Positions 27,790-39,189 of a DNA stretch of 64,000 nt are shown here, in pieces. Made by a program: the position numbers and the translations under genes. This DNA is from Eledone cirrhosa (Eukaryota): assembly GCA_964016885.1 (NCBI GenBank), contig OZ024742.1:31744001-31808000 (forward strand). Direction: 5' to 3'. The notes under the pieces are model-generated. The model saw only the letters and a list, made by a program, of their open reading frames with translations, ran no database searches and had not been told where the DNA came from. Position 1 is the first letter of the stretch. The number at the start of each line of letters is the position of its first letter.

Positions 27790-28455
27790 TTCAGGGGGGG
27801 GGCAGAGTCCTCAAACATTCCTTCACGCTGGTCTTGTCAGAAGCAACCGTCTCCAGCTGATCTGGCTGGATCCCCAAGAGAGACCAGCCCAGCTCATGGA
27901 TGTTATCTAACCATCTTGCTGTGGGGTCTCCTACCTGTTGGTTTTGTCTGTAAAATCTGTCCAGCGATTCTTTCCTAAGACATTCTAACCACATGTCTGT
28001 AGTATCAGAGCTGTGATCTCTCCAATTCGGAGAAGTAGTAGCTCTACCTGGAGTGACTTTTACGATTCTTTCCTAAGACATTCTAACCACATGTCTGTAG
28101 TATCAGAGCTGTGATCTCTCCAATTCAGAGAAGTAGTAGCTCTACCTGGAGTGAGTCTTACGATTCTTTCCTAAGACATTCTAACCACATGTCTGTAGTA
28201 TCAGAGCTGTGATCTCTCCAATTCGGAGAAGTAGTAGCTCTACCTGGAGTGACTCTTACGATTCTTTCCTAAGACATTCTAACCACATGTCTGTAGTATC
28301 AGAGCTGTGATCTCTCCAATTCGGAGAAGTAGTAGCTCTACCTGGAGTGACTCTTACGATTCTTTCCTAAGACATTCTAACCACATGTCTGTAGTATCAG
28401 AGCTGTGATCTCTCCAATTCAGAGAAGTAGTAGCTCTACCTGGAATGACTCTCTG
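27790..28455 (-). mobile_element. RTE-type LINE fragment whose internal 98 bp is amplified 5 times in tandem (27965-28454)
   Basis: CGATTCTTTCCTAAGACA starts at 27965, 28063, 28161, 28259 and 28357; the unit is the reverse-complement homologue of 1565-1660. Confidence 0.85.
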
Positions 28456-28480
28456 ATGTTAACTCCTCCTGCTTAGATAT

Positions 28481-28680
28481 ATACAAGGGTTAGATAAAAC
28501 GTTCATAGGCTGACCAAGATTCTCTCATGGAATGACCAAATGAGGTTTATTTTTCAACATAGTTTCTGGAAAGAAACAATTTAGTTATTAATAAGAAGTG
28601 TTGAAATTAATGTATGCAAGATTTCACCGTTCTAGCATCATTCCTTCATAATCAGCTTATGAACTCTCATTGTGTGTACA
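28481..28680. mobile_element. Non-autonomous Tc1/mariner-like relic (copy 1)
   Basis: TA-CAAGGG..ATAAAA.GTTCATA.GCTGA start and CAGCTTATGAAC end; homologous to 59085-59435. Confidence 0.5.
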
Positions 28681-29436
28681 TATGCCAATAGGATTCTGTG
28701 GAAAGAATGAGGAAAACAATTCTTTGACACTCTTTTACTGGTTCTAGTGGCTGTGCTTTGGCTTTTTTGCAATTTGATATTTTTGTTTTTGTTTTCTATC
28801 TATTAATTTTTAATTATTTTTCAGTAACTTTTCAGAATTTAATAGATATATATTTATAATTTCCACAAAACTGATTGGAAAAATATATAGATATACCCTA
28901 TTACTTGGAACTTGCTTTTTATTGTGATTGTCTATCTAGAAGGTGCAGCCATAGCTGTGTATTTAAAAAGTTTGCTTTGCAACCACATGGTTCTAGGTTC
29001 AATCTCATTGCATGGCACCTTCAACAAGTCTTTTAACTCTTTAACATCCTCTAATGATTTAGCAGAAAATGTTTAAAAACTGATTTGTTAATTCAAATGT
29101 TTATAATATCTTTACTCGTGGGTAGATCGTTGTGAAAATTTACAGTATTACAGTAAATACTTTAATAAATAATGTGATGCAGTTACAGTGCTGTTTTGTA
29201 CTCAGTGTTTATAGTATCTTTACTAGTTGACAGATTGTTGTGAAAATTTGCAATATTAAAGACTTTAATATTTAATGTGATGCAGTCAGAGCTGTTTTGT
29301 ACTAAATGTTTATAGTATCTTTACTAGTGGACAGACTTTTGTGAAAATTTGCAATATTAGATAAAGTAAAGACTTTAATATTTAATTGTATTAGTCATTG
29401 TAATGTTTTGTACTTTCCAAGAATGTCTTTCTAGTG

Positions 29437-29470
<34 letters not shown>

Positions 29471-30519
29471 CGTTTTGTTTATTCAAATGTGTTTACTCTC
29501 TTTATTAGTGGACAAGTCATTGTAAAATTTTGCAGTATTAAAGTAACAACTTTAACTGATCACTTATATATCATTGAGTCTCCTCCATTTCATATATACA
29601 CTACCTTCCCTCATAATGGGCACTGTCTCCCCTCAAACATAAAAACCTGTCAGCTAATTTCATCTTAGTAACAGAGTAAACGTCTCTGATGGTTAAAAAA
29701 AAAAACAGACACGTTCCTATATTGGTGCTCTCCCTTTGCTGCTAAGAATAGTAGCGACATGATCGCAGATCTTTTTGAAGTTCATAGTGTGGCTACAAGA
29801 ATATTTATTAAACATAAACATTTTGTATATGATTCAATATTCAACCCCAGTCACAATAATTATAATATAGATTGACATCATCATTACTTCTACTATTACT
29901 ACTACTACTAATAATAATAGTAATAATTTAACATTTTAAGGCTTTATCAGCCATTCAATTTTACTGTTGTTGATATTGCTGTATTTGTATAAATCAAATT
30001 AACTCTTGATTGAATACAATTTATAACATGGAGCTTATGTCTTTGGAAGAAACCAGAAAAGGTCTAACCCATCACAATCTCCCGTTTCTTTTTTCCTAAA
30101 AAATTGTCAGAGATATCTTAGTGGTTTGTTTATGATTGGACTTTTTCTTCATATTAATTTTTAATTTTTCATATTAATACAGTTACTACTAGCTTAAGCC
30201 ATTGTAACCAGTCTAGTCAATAACCTTGTGTTGTGGCATGTGATTAGTTCATTTGTAGTGCATTCAATTTCTACTAGTTATTTTGTTGTTTAGCTCTAGC
30301 TCTGGCTTCTTCAACCAGATCTATGATCAAAGGCATTCCAGGTATGACCATCCTGCGTTTTTTTTTTGTTTTTTTTTTTAATATTGTATATCTAGGGTTA
30401 CATTTCTCAATGTGTCATTCCTTTCATAAGATGGCATGATGTGATTGGAAGGACATCAAATGACCATGTATTGGCTACTTTCCTTTGGCCTCACTTAATG
30501 TCTGGTATTATTTTAGACA

Positions 30520-30705
30520 GGTGGATTGGCAGTATCGGTAGAGGGTCGGACGCCATGCTTTGACGCATAGTTACGGCCCTTGCCATTCTGAGTTCAAATC
30601 CCGCCGAGGTTAACTTTGCCTTTCATCCTTACGGGGGTCGATAAAATAAAGTACCAGTAATGCACTGGGTAATTGCTGGCCTTGTGCCAAAAGTAGAAAG
30701 TTATT
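30520..30705 (+). mobile_element. SINE family 1, full length, with TTATTTTAGACAGGT flanking duplication
   Basis: Consensus family 1 body; TTATTTTAGACAGGT occurs on both sides (about 30508 and 30701). Confidence 0.8.
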
Positions 30706-30734
30706 TTAGACAGGTCCCACCCCTACAGCTGGTG

Positions 30735-31415
30735 TGTCTGTCTAGATAGACCACACCTCATTGTTGTCTAGATAGACTATACCTTCACTGTTGCTGTCTG
30801 TTTACATAGACCACACCCCACTGTTGTTTTCTGTCTAGATAGACCACACCCCACTGTTGTTGTTGTCTGTCTAGATAGACCACACCCCACTGTTGTTGTC
30901 TGTCTAGATAGACCACACCCCACTGTTGTTGTCTGTCTAGATAGACCACACCCCACTGTTGTTGTCTATCTAGACAGACAACAACAGTGGTGGTGTGGTT
31001 TATCTAGACAGACAACAACAGTGGAGGTGTGGTCTGTCTAGATAAACCACACCACCACTGTTGTCTGTCTAGATAGACCACACCTCCACTGTTGTTGTCT
31101 GTCTAGATAGACCACACCTCCACTGTTGTTGTCTGTCTAGATAGACCACACCTCCACTGTTGTTGTCTGTCTAGATAGACCACACCACCACTGTTGTTTT
31201 CTGTCTAGATAGACCACACCTCCACTGTTGTTGTCTGTCTAGACAGACCACACCCCACTATTGTTGTCTATCTAGATAGACAATAGTGGGGTGTGGTCTG
31301 TCAAGATAGACAATAGTGGGGTGTGGTCTGTCAAGATAGACAATAGTGGGGTGTGGTCTGTCAAGATAGACAACAACAGTGGAGGTGTGGTCTGTCTAGA
31401 TAGACCACACCTCTA
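30735..31415. repeat. About 33-bp minisatellite with alternating orientation blocks
   Basis: Unit GTCTGTCTAGATAGACCACACC(C/T)CACTGTTGTT; reversed blocks at about 30970-31040 and 31275-31395. Confidence 0.9.
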
Positions 31416-32023
31416 CAGCTAGGTTAACACACTAGACTGTATGCCAATGGTTTTGAAATCAAACCTTACTCTAGCCACTGTACTAGTTCCTTTTGACACA
31501 CTAGGTATCTAACACTGATTGCTTGTGTTAGATACAACTACCTAGATCCAACTATAAAATAGTTGTTGGAAAAGTCAAGAAGGAAAACTACATGGTTGCT
31601 CAACTTATTAGAAATAGCAGTCAAATCTCCTTCAAATCACACTTTATCACTTTAGAAAAAGGAAGGACATCTTGGATATGAAAAAATAAAGTCAGGGATA
31701 GTCATGGCTGGAATACATTTTGATCACAGGGCTAACTAGGGGCTAATTAATAATAATGATGATAATAATAATAATGGTTATCTCAGCAGTTGGTATTGTT
31801 GGAAAACAAATTGCTACATCATTACAGTTGTTGTGCTGGTCCTCAAGGAAAAGTATCAAAACCTTTAACTTCAGTATGTGTGGCTCACAAAAGGTACCAC
31901 TCATACAGCACAGCAGAGGTGTTAGCAACATCTTTGGACAAATTTCATAATTTGTCCATGATCTATCACCACCCAGGTTCCACGGTAACAGAGAAATCCA
32001 ACCAGTTTTTAAAACAATGTACA

Positions 32024-32063
<40 letters not shown>

Positions 32064-32501
32064 TCATCATCACTGTAATAAATGACTAAGTTTCAGAAAA
32101 CTGATACAGTCCAGTAGAAATATTTCTACCATGTTGTACCAGCTTTCTGAAACTTATCAATCAAGGACCCATCCAACCCATGATGATGATGATATATTTA
32201 TAAAGCATTTCGTCATGTAGAAGAGCATCCAGCCATAAACACCATGCCAAATTGGAACATATCAGAGAAATGTGGTCCTCCTCCACACCATCTTAATTTG
32301 ACTTAGCCAAATAACCTGTCCAACCCATGCCAGCATGGAAAGAGGATGTGAAAGGATGATGATGTAAAGACTTTTGAAGCATCTATGTCTGTTACAAAGA
32401 ATGTAAACCTTGTGTTATAATCCATTTGTACGGGGTTGTTAGCATTCTTAATCTATCCCAAGAAATTGTCTACCAACTAAAGTCGTGTTTCTCTGACAAT
32501 G

Positions 32502-32532
<31 letters not shown>

Positions 32533-32970
32533 CATCATCATCATCATCGTTTAACGTCCATTTTCCACGCTAGCATTGGTTAGACAGGAGTTGTCCCAAT
32601 TTGAGTCACGGTTGATCGGGTGACCGTGTCTTGCCTATATAGGACTATCTGACAGGTTTTCTACGGCTGGATGCCCTTCCTAACACCAACCACATTTATA
32701 GTGTGGAACTGGGAACTTTTTACTGTGTTACCTACACGGCCACATTACAGCGTGACTGTGTGTTTTTTGTCGTGACACCTACACTATCTCGATCTCATTA
32801 TCTCATTTATTTGGACTGGATGTTGTGGTACCAACTTTACAGAGAGAGGGTGGTGTTGGTGGGAGTGGGAGGATAGGGTAGGGGTAGTGGATTGTGGTGT
32901 ATATTTGGTTAAGAGGTGCCTACTGACTGTAGGTTTCGCTTTGTACATAGGCAAGGCGGGTCTTCTGTAT
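32533..32970 (-). mobile_element. RTE family B 3' UTR fragment
   Basis: Reverse complement homologue of 13140-13548; (ATC)n at the left end. Confidence 0.8.
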
Positions 32971-33176
32971 TAATATCATATATAGCACTCACTGTAAATG
33001 AGGTTGGTGTTAGGAAGGGCATCCAGCTGTAGAAATCAAGCCAGAATCAGTTCCCGTCCCACCCTTGCAAGCAGGGAAAAAGCGGACGTAAAATGAAATG
33101 ATGAAAATGATTATATATATGAATAAAAAAAGAGGGACGCACACATCAGAAACTCTGTTTCAAACTAAACAAAGAA

Positions 33177-33359
33177 TTAAGGAAACACTGAGAATGTACC
33201 CAGTGTATCTTCCAGGCTTGAAAATGATTGGACATCCTCTTTCTGAAAATCATACAATACTGTTTGTGGTTGTTTCAGTTTTATCGGCCATTTTGGGGGA
33301 AACAAGGCCAAATCACACCAGGATAGATGAGGCGAGTACGGAAGCGGTGAAGTGCCCAC
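33177..33359 (-). mobile_element. Mariner transposase relic
   Basis: PYSPHLSWCDLALFP resembles the mariner YSPDLAPxDxxLF motif; degenerate. Confidence 0.55.
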
Positions 33360-33539
33360 TGAGTGTGTGTGTGTATATACATTTGTATGTGTGTTTGTGT
33401 GTATGTATGTGTATTTTTATGTGTGTATGGAGTGGCTATCTGCCATGCAAAGACAGGATAAACAAGATCAGTATAGTACTTGATCCATGATGAAATACAG
33501 AGTGGGTGTATTGATGAGATAATGTTCTGATCCTGAGCA

Positions 33540-33625
33540 CTGCAGTTTCAGCTTGTTATCTCAAAAGATGTTTCAAAGGGACTGAGTCTCTTTGAAGAAG
33601 CTATCGAGACAAGCTGAAACTGCAG
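33540..33625. repeat. 86-nt stem-loop
   Basis: CTGCAGTTTCAGCTTGT pairs perfectly with ACAAGCTGAAACTGCAG (17 bp); inner TTCAAAGGGA/TCTCTTTGAA stem. Confidence 0.85.
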
Positions 33626-34026
33626 GTCTCGTGCTTGGAATTTTACCTGCATAAGGGTTTACATGATATTATTTTACCTGGATGTTCAGATGCTCAGAAT
33701 GACTTTGAGCAGTGAATGTGGCCAAATCTGCTCAGTAAATATGGTCTTAGAAGTGATCATAGAAGCCATGTACCAAATGTTGCCAATTATGGTCTCTTGG
33801 GCATTTTTTTCCTGTCAGAAGTGTTGAAAATAATGTGACTGGCCCATTAAGCCCCAATGTCATTTTAAAACTCACCAAAACAAAACTATGAACCAACGTG
33901 GAAGTAATGTTCATCACTGTAACATATACAGAAAGGAATGTAAGCCCTTGGCAGGAATTGTCATGTTCGTGCCACCCGTGTGAGAGGTGGATCAGTTGCT
34001 GGCAATCCTTGAAATCGTGATGCAGC

Positions 34027-34058
<32 letters not shown>

Positions 34059-34137
34059 TTATGTGTATATATACTTGTATATACATATGTGTATGTGTAT
34101 TTAGAATGTTTTAAGATTATTCCTTTATTTTTTTTAG

Positions 34138-34227
34138 CCTGTTGCCAAACAAGAGGAAGATGTTCGTAAGAGTTGTGTGATCAACACAGGAAACTTGAAA
34201 TCTTTCATCACAAGAAGACGATGGAAA
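34138..34227 (+). CDS. DAPK1: DAPK-family kinase, exon G (autoinhibitory segment, start of CaM-binding helix)
   Basis: ttttttttag|CCT GTT ... TGG AAA|gtaagt. PVAKQEEDVRKSCVINTGNLKSFITRRRWK aligns without gaps to DAPK1 PKDTQQALSRKASAVNMEKFKKFAARKKWK; 90 nt, phase 0/0. Confidence 0.92.
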
Positions 34228-34479
34228 GTAAGTTGATACTTATACTTTATTTTAAAACTCTCTTTTCAACTCTATATCTCATGTATTGTTAATAGGTACA
34301 AATCTTTATGTTCTCTGATACAAAATGCTTTCTTTTAGTGTTTATATTTATCTAAAACTTACATCATAATTTTATGTAAGAACCTTCGTTAAATTATGTT
34401 TCCAAAACGAGCTTAATGATTATAAAGTTAGTTATATTTCTAAATCCCTTATAATTCTTGATTATTTTCAAGATTATTT

Positions 34480-34955
34480 GAAAGACATAGACAGTCTTTC
34501 ATTAAAAATATTGTAATGAAAGGCTTAATGACATAAAGTCTTTATTTTTAATGAAAGACACTGCTTATGTCATTAAACCTTTCATTACAATATTTCTAAT
34601 GAAAGGCTCTATGTCATTACACCTTTCATAACCATATTTCTAATGAAAGACTTTATCTACATCTGTAAGACTTTATCTACATCTTCAATAGAAATATGGT
34701 AATGAAAGGTGTAATGCCATAGACAGTCTTTCATTAGAAATATTGTAATGAATGGTTTAATGACATAAGTAGTGTCTTTCATTAAAAATATTGTAATGAA
34801 AGGGTTAAAGGTCATAGGCAGTGTCTTTCATTAAAAATATTTTAATGAAAGGGTTGATGACATAGACAATGTCTTTCATTAGAAGTATGGTAATAAAAGG
34901 GTTAATGACATAGGCAGTGTTTAACATTAGAAATATTGTAATGAAAGGGTTAATT
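34480..34955. repeat. Degenerate tandem/inverted array of self-complementary units CTTTCATTA...TAATGAAAG
   Basis: About nine related units, some in reverse orientation, derived from a piggyBac-MITE-like end (AAAGGGTTAA). Confidence 0.7.
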
Positions 34956-35239
34956 AGGACAGAGATGCCTATATTGTATAATAGTTGGCATAATTGCTGC
35001 CCTTGTGCCTCAGTTAGAAACCATTATTAAGTTGAATATTAATTATTTCACTAGTCATCACATAAACTCTTGATTAATTTGATAATTAAAACACAAAGGT
35101 AGTATATTCTTGTTAGAAATATGATCAGAAAAGAGATGCATACATATATATATATATATATATGTCTTATGGTAGCTGGGATGCATCCAAAGGCGGTATA
35201 CCAGTTGAGCACTCTATGATCCTACGGAGCAGAGTATGA

Positions 35240-35533
35240 TAGAATGGAAAACGAAGAATCAGTGATGCATCGGAACTCAATTTATTACGTATTACAATTG
35301 TTTCCCTGGCGAACAGCTCCAGGTGCGATCTGTGTCTGGATCGAACCTGACTCTGGATTCTTACTGTAAAAGGATTTGCTCCGAAATCAATAGATGTGTC
35401 TGAGGAACCTGTGAATCCAGAGTCAGGTTCGATCCACAAACAGATCGCACCTCGAGCTGTTCGCCAGGGAAACAATTGTAATACGTAATAAATTGAGTTC
35501 TGATGCATCACTGATTCTGCGTTTTCCATTCTA
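35240..35533. repeat. Long inverted repeat: 121-bp arms (35240-35360 and 35413-35533), 52-nt loop
   Basis: Arms align base for base with about 5 mismatches; the right arm abuts (TA)n, and a ~75-bp unique tail lies between the left arm and (TA)n. Confidence 0.95.
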
Positions 35534-35842
35534 TATATATATGTAAATGACCCCATTGAGTATAAACTCTAAGTTATATTATATATATATATATATATAT
35601 ATTTATTTAGCTGCTATCTGGCAGGTATGGGGCTCGATTCCTCATAGTGGCTGATGGCTTAGGGATTAGAGCGTCGGGCTTTCAATCATCATGGATTGGC
35701 TGATGTGTTGTGTCTTTGAACAAGACACTTTAAGGCTTTCATCCTATTTCATAAGCTATTTTATACCATCTCTATTGCATGAGCACATCATTCTTTATAT
35801 TACATATATATATGTGTTTGTGTTAATACTTCAACAGTTCTC

Positions 35843-35882
<40 letters not shown>

Positions 35883-36008
35883 ACTCAGTGGGTATATAAC
35901 ACTTGTTATTGATGTTTGCAATTACATTTCAATAAATTGAAATGGTCGTAAAAATTAATAAAATGATTTGAACTATAAAATCTTTTGGTTTTTTTCACCT
36001 AAATTGAA

Positions 36009-36053
<45 letters not shown>

Positions 36054-36769
36054 TGAAACTTGTGTGTGAGAGAGACTGTATGTGTAAGTGGGTTAGGGGT
36101 ATGTTTGAAGCTGATGACTCACTCCTGATTGCTAACCATCTTTGTGTCTAGTGTCTAATCTCTACAGAGGAAATGCCAAGATTAGGAGTCTTATGACTGT
36201 TAATGAAACAGAAACACTGCTTAGCTTAATACTTCAACAGTTCTCTTTAAATTTATTCCACATCATTATACACACTCAAACATATGCATATACTTACATA
36301 CACATGCACTCTCATACAGACACACATACTCCTATATTCAAACATGCACACACTCACTCACACACATGCACACTTATACTCATACACACACACGCATGCA
36401 CTTGCACACACTCATACATACACACTCACACACACACGGTACAGGCATGTCATTGGGGTTAAGAAATGTTCCCCACAATGATGTGGTTATATATTCTATC
36501 CTACATGTCACCTCTAACACAGCATATATTTTAAGATGTTAGTGTAGTTTGTGAAAGTTCTGACTGCTATTTCTAGCAAATGAATCAGCTGCCTACTGGC
36601 ATCCTCATTAACTCTAAAGTGATGGTGGGGTATAAAGTGGTTAATTGGATGAGGTCTTTAAGACATCGGATAGAACACCTTGTAGTGTTTGTTTCAGCAC
36701 TCTGCACTTTGAGTTCAAGTCCCACCAGTGTGAATTTCATCTTATGTTCTTTAGGGTTAGTTCTTTGTG

Positions 36770-37160
36770 GGGGTGTGTGGCCTAGTGATAAGGGTGTTGG
36801 ACTTACAATCATAATGTCACGGGATTGATTCCTAAACTGGGTTGTGTGTTGTGTTCTTGAGCAAAACACTTCATCTCACATTGCCCCAGTATACTCAGCT
36901 GAAAATGAGTACCAGCATTAGCTGGGGGTTTAACCCTGTGATGGATTGGTGTCCTCTCCAGATGGTGGTAGTCGTAGACTCTGTTGTTTAATGCCATAGA
37001 AACTGGGCTAAACATGGACCCAATTAGCCTCTGGGCTTGAGATAGGTTTGAACCCTGTGATGGACTGGCATCCTCTCCAGGAGAGTGGTCTTATACTCTC
37101 AGTTGCTTAATGCTACAGAAACCAGGATAGGCATCAGCCTAATGAGCTTCTAGACCTGAG
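36770..37160 (+). mobile_element. SINE family 3 with duplicated 3' half
   Basis: TGGCCTAGTG head; AACCCTGTGATGGA.TGG..TCCTCTCCAG occurs twice (about 36932 and 37051). Confidence 0.7.
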
Positions 37161-37376
37161 ACAAACTGTAGACTTTTAGAATTCTTCTTCACTTTCCCTT
37201 CTTTCTCTCTGGAAATTAATCAGCTCTGTTCAGAACTTGAGAAGGGCGGTCTCCGTCAGGTCTTAATTGCCAAAATACATCATTCTGGTCCCAAGGAAGA
37301 CCCATTGTTGTAGACTTAATTTCTGTTGTTGTTGTTTTTGTTGTTTCTAATGAAGAAATATCTACTACCTTTTCAG

Positions 37377-37478
37377 CAAGCCTTCAAAATCATACTGCTA
37401 TGTAACCGGTTGTTAAAGTCCACAGACTGTGCTCACCCCAAAGGGGACACTGCTGACAAATCTCAACATATTAATAAG
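37377..37478 (+). CDS. DAPK1: DAPK-family kinase, exon H (CaM-binding helix and linker); gene continues beyond the window
   Basis: ccttttcag|CAA GCC TTC ... AAT AAG|gtaagt. QAFKIILLCNRLLKSTDCAHPKGDTADKSQHINK, compare DAPK1 QSVRLISLCQRL; 102 nt, phase 0/0. Confidence 0.88.
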
Positions 37479-37969
37479 GTAAGTTCTTTATCTCTAATTC
37501 TTTAACCTCTTTGACATCAACCTGGCCAAAACAGACCCACCCTGACACAATTCTGGCCAAAATGCCCCTCGTTCTAAGAAACAGACTTATCTTGACACCA
37601 ACCTGGCTCAAACATCTACCCTGACACCAATCTGGCTAAAACACCCTCTGGTTCTCCGAAACAGACCCACCCTGTTATCTCTTATATTCTAATCTCTATC
37701 ACACTAATCTGGCCAAAACAGCTTCTGGTTCTCTGAAACAGACCCACCCAATTAAAAGAATTCCTATTTGAATCTAAATCTTCTGGCAGGCTTTAGTATA
37801 AGAACCTCTTTTGTTAAGTTGCATTATAAATAATGAAATAATGATGAAAGTTCTGTAAATCCTTCCAAATTTTTCAATAATTAATTGAAATATGAGTAAA
37901 TTTTATTAGAAATATAAGAAAAGAGTTACATGCCTCAGCCTGCTACTCTCATCGTGCCTCCTACATCTT

Positions 37970-38690
37970 GTATATATCTATCTGAATATATGTGTGTATA
38001 TATCTATCTGAATATATGTGTGTATATATCTATCTGAATATATGTGTGTATATATCTATCTGAATGTATGTGTGTATATATCTATCTGAATGTATGTGTG
38101 TATATATCTATCTGAATGTATGTGTGTATATATCTATCTGAATGTATGTGTATATATATCTGTCTGAATGTGTAGTGTATGTATCTATCTGAATGTGTAG
38201 TGTATGTATCTATCTGAATGTATGTGTGTATATATCTATCTGAATGTATGTGTGTATATATCTATCTGAATGTATGTGTGTATATATCTATCTGAATGTA
38301 TGTGTGTATATATCTGTCTGAATGTATGTGTGTATATATCTGTCTGAATGTGTAGTGTATGTATCTGTCTGAATGTGTGTGTATATATCTATCTGAATGT
38401 ATGTGTGTATATATCTATCTGAATGTATGTGTGTATATATCTGTCTGAATGTGTAGTGTATGTATCTGTCTGAATGTGTGTGTATATATCTGTCTGAATG
38501 TGTGTGTATATATCTGTCTGAATGTGTGTGTATATATCTGTCTGAATGTGTGTGTATATATCTGTCTGAATGTGTGAGTATATATCTGTCTGAATGTGTG
38601 TGTATATATCTGTCTGAATGTGTGTGTATATATCTGTCTGAATGTGTGTGTATATATCTGTCTGAATGTGTAGTGTATGTATATGTGTAT
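37970..38690. repeat. 22-24-bp minisatellite TATATATCT(A/G)TCTGAATGT(A)TGTGTG
   Basis: Visible tandem array with variant blocks. Confidence 0.9.
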
Positions 38691-38965
38691 ACAGTGCTAT
38701 GAAGGTCTACCTATGTAACTTGTTTAGAATAAACAAACCATGACAATTTGTTAATTGCATCAAGCTATGATGATGATGATGAGGAGGAGGAAGAGGCTGT
38801 TTATCCCTCCCACCACCACCACTCCACTCTACTCCTATCAACTACACTACCTTCTATCTTCACCTTTCTAATTAGTTTCCACTTGTGGCTGAGAAGCTGA
38901 AATGACACATCACAATCAGGATGGAAATCATCGTTGTTATTATTATTATTATTATTATCTATAAT

Positions 38966-39160
38966 GGCGGTAGATTGGCAGTATCGGTAGAGGGTCGGAC
39001 GCCATGCTTTGCAGCAAAGAGTTACGGCCCTTTATGGCCTGAGTTCAAATCCCGCTGAAGTTAACTTTGCCTTTCATCCTTACGGGGCTCGATAAAATAA
39101 AGTACCAGTAATACACTGGTTAATTGCTGGCCTTGTGCCAAAAGTAGAAACAATAATTAT
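38966..39160 (+). mobile_element. SINE family 1
   Basis: Consensus head, core and (ATT)n tail. Confidence 0.8.
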
Positions 39161-39189
39161 TGTTATTATCATCATTATTATTATTATTT

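Noticed and set aside
35398-35440. Hammerhead in the loop of the 121-bp hairpin (CTGAGGA-ACCTG...CAGGT)
   Set aside because: The stem is followed by TCGATCC, not GAAA, so the core cannot be completed.
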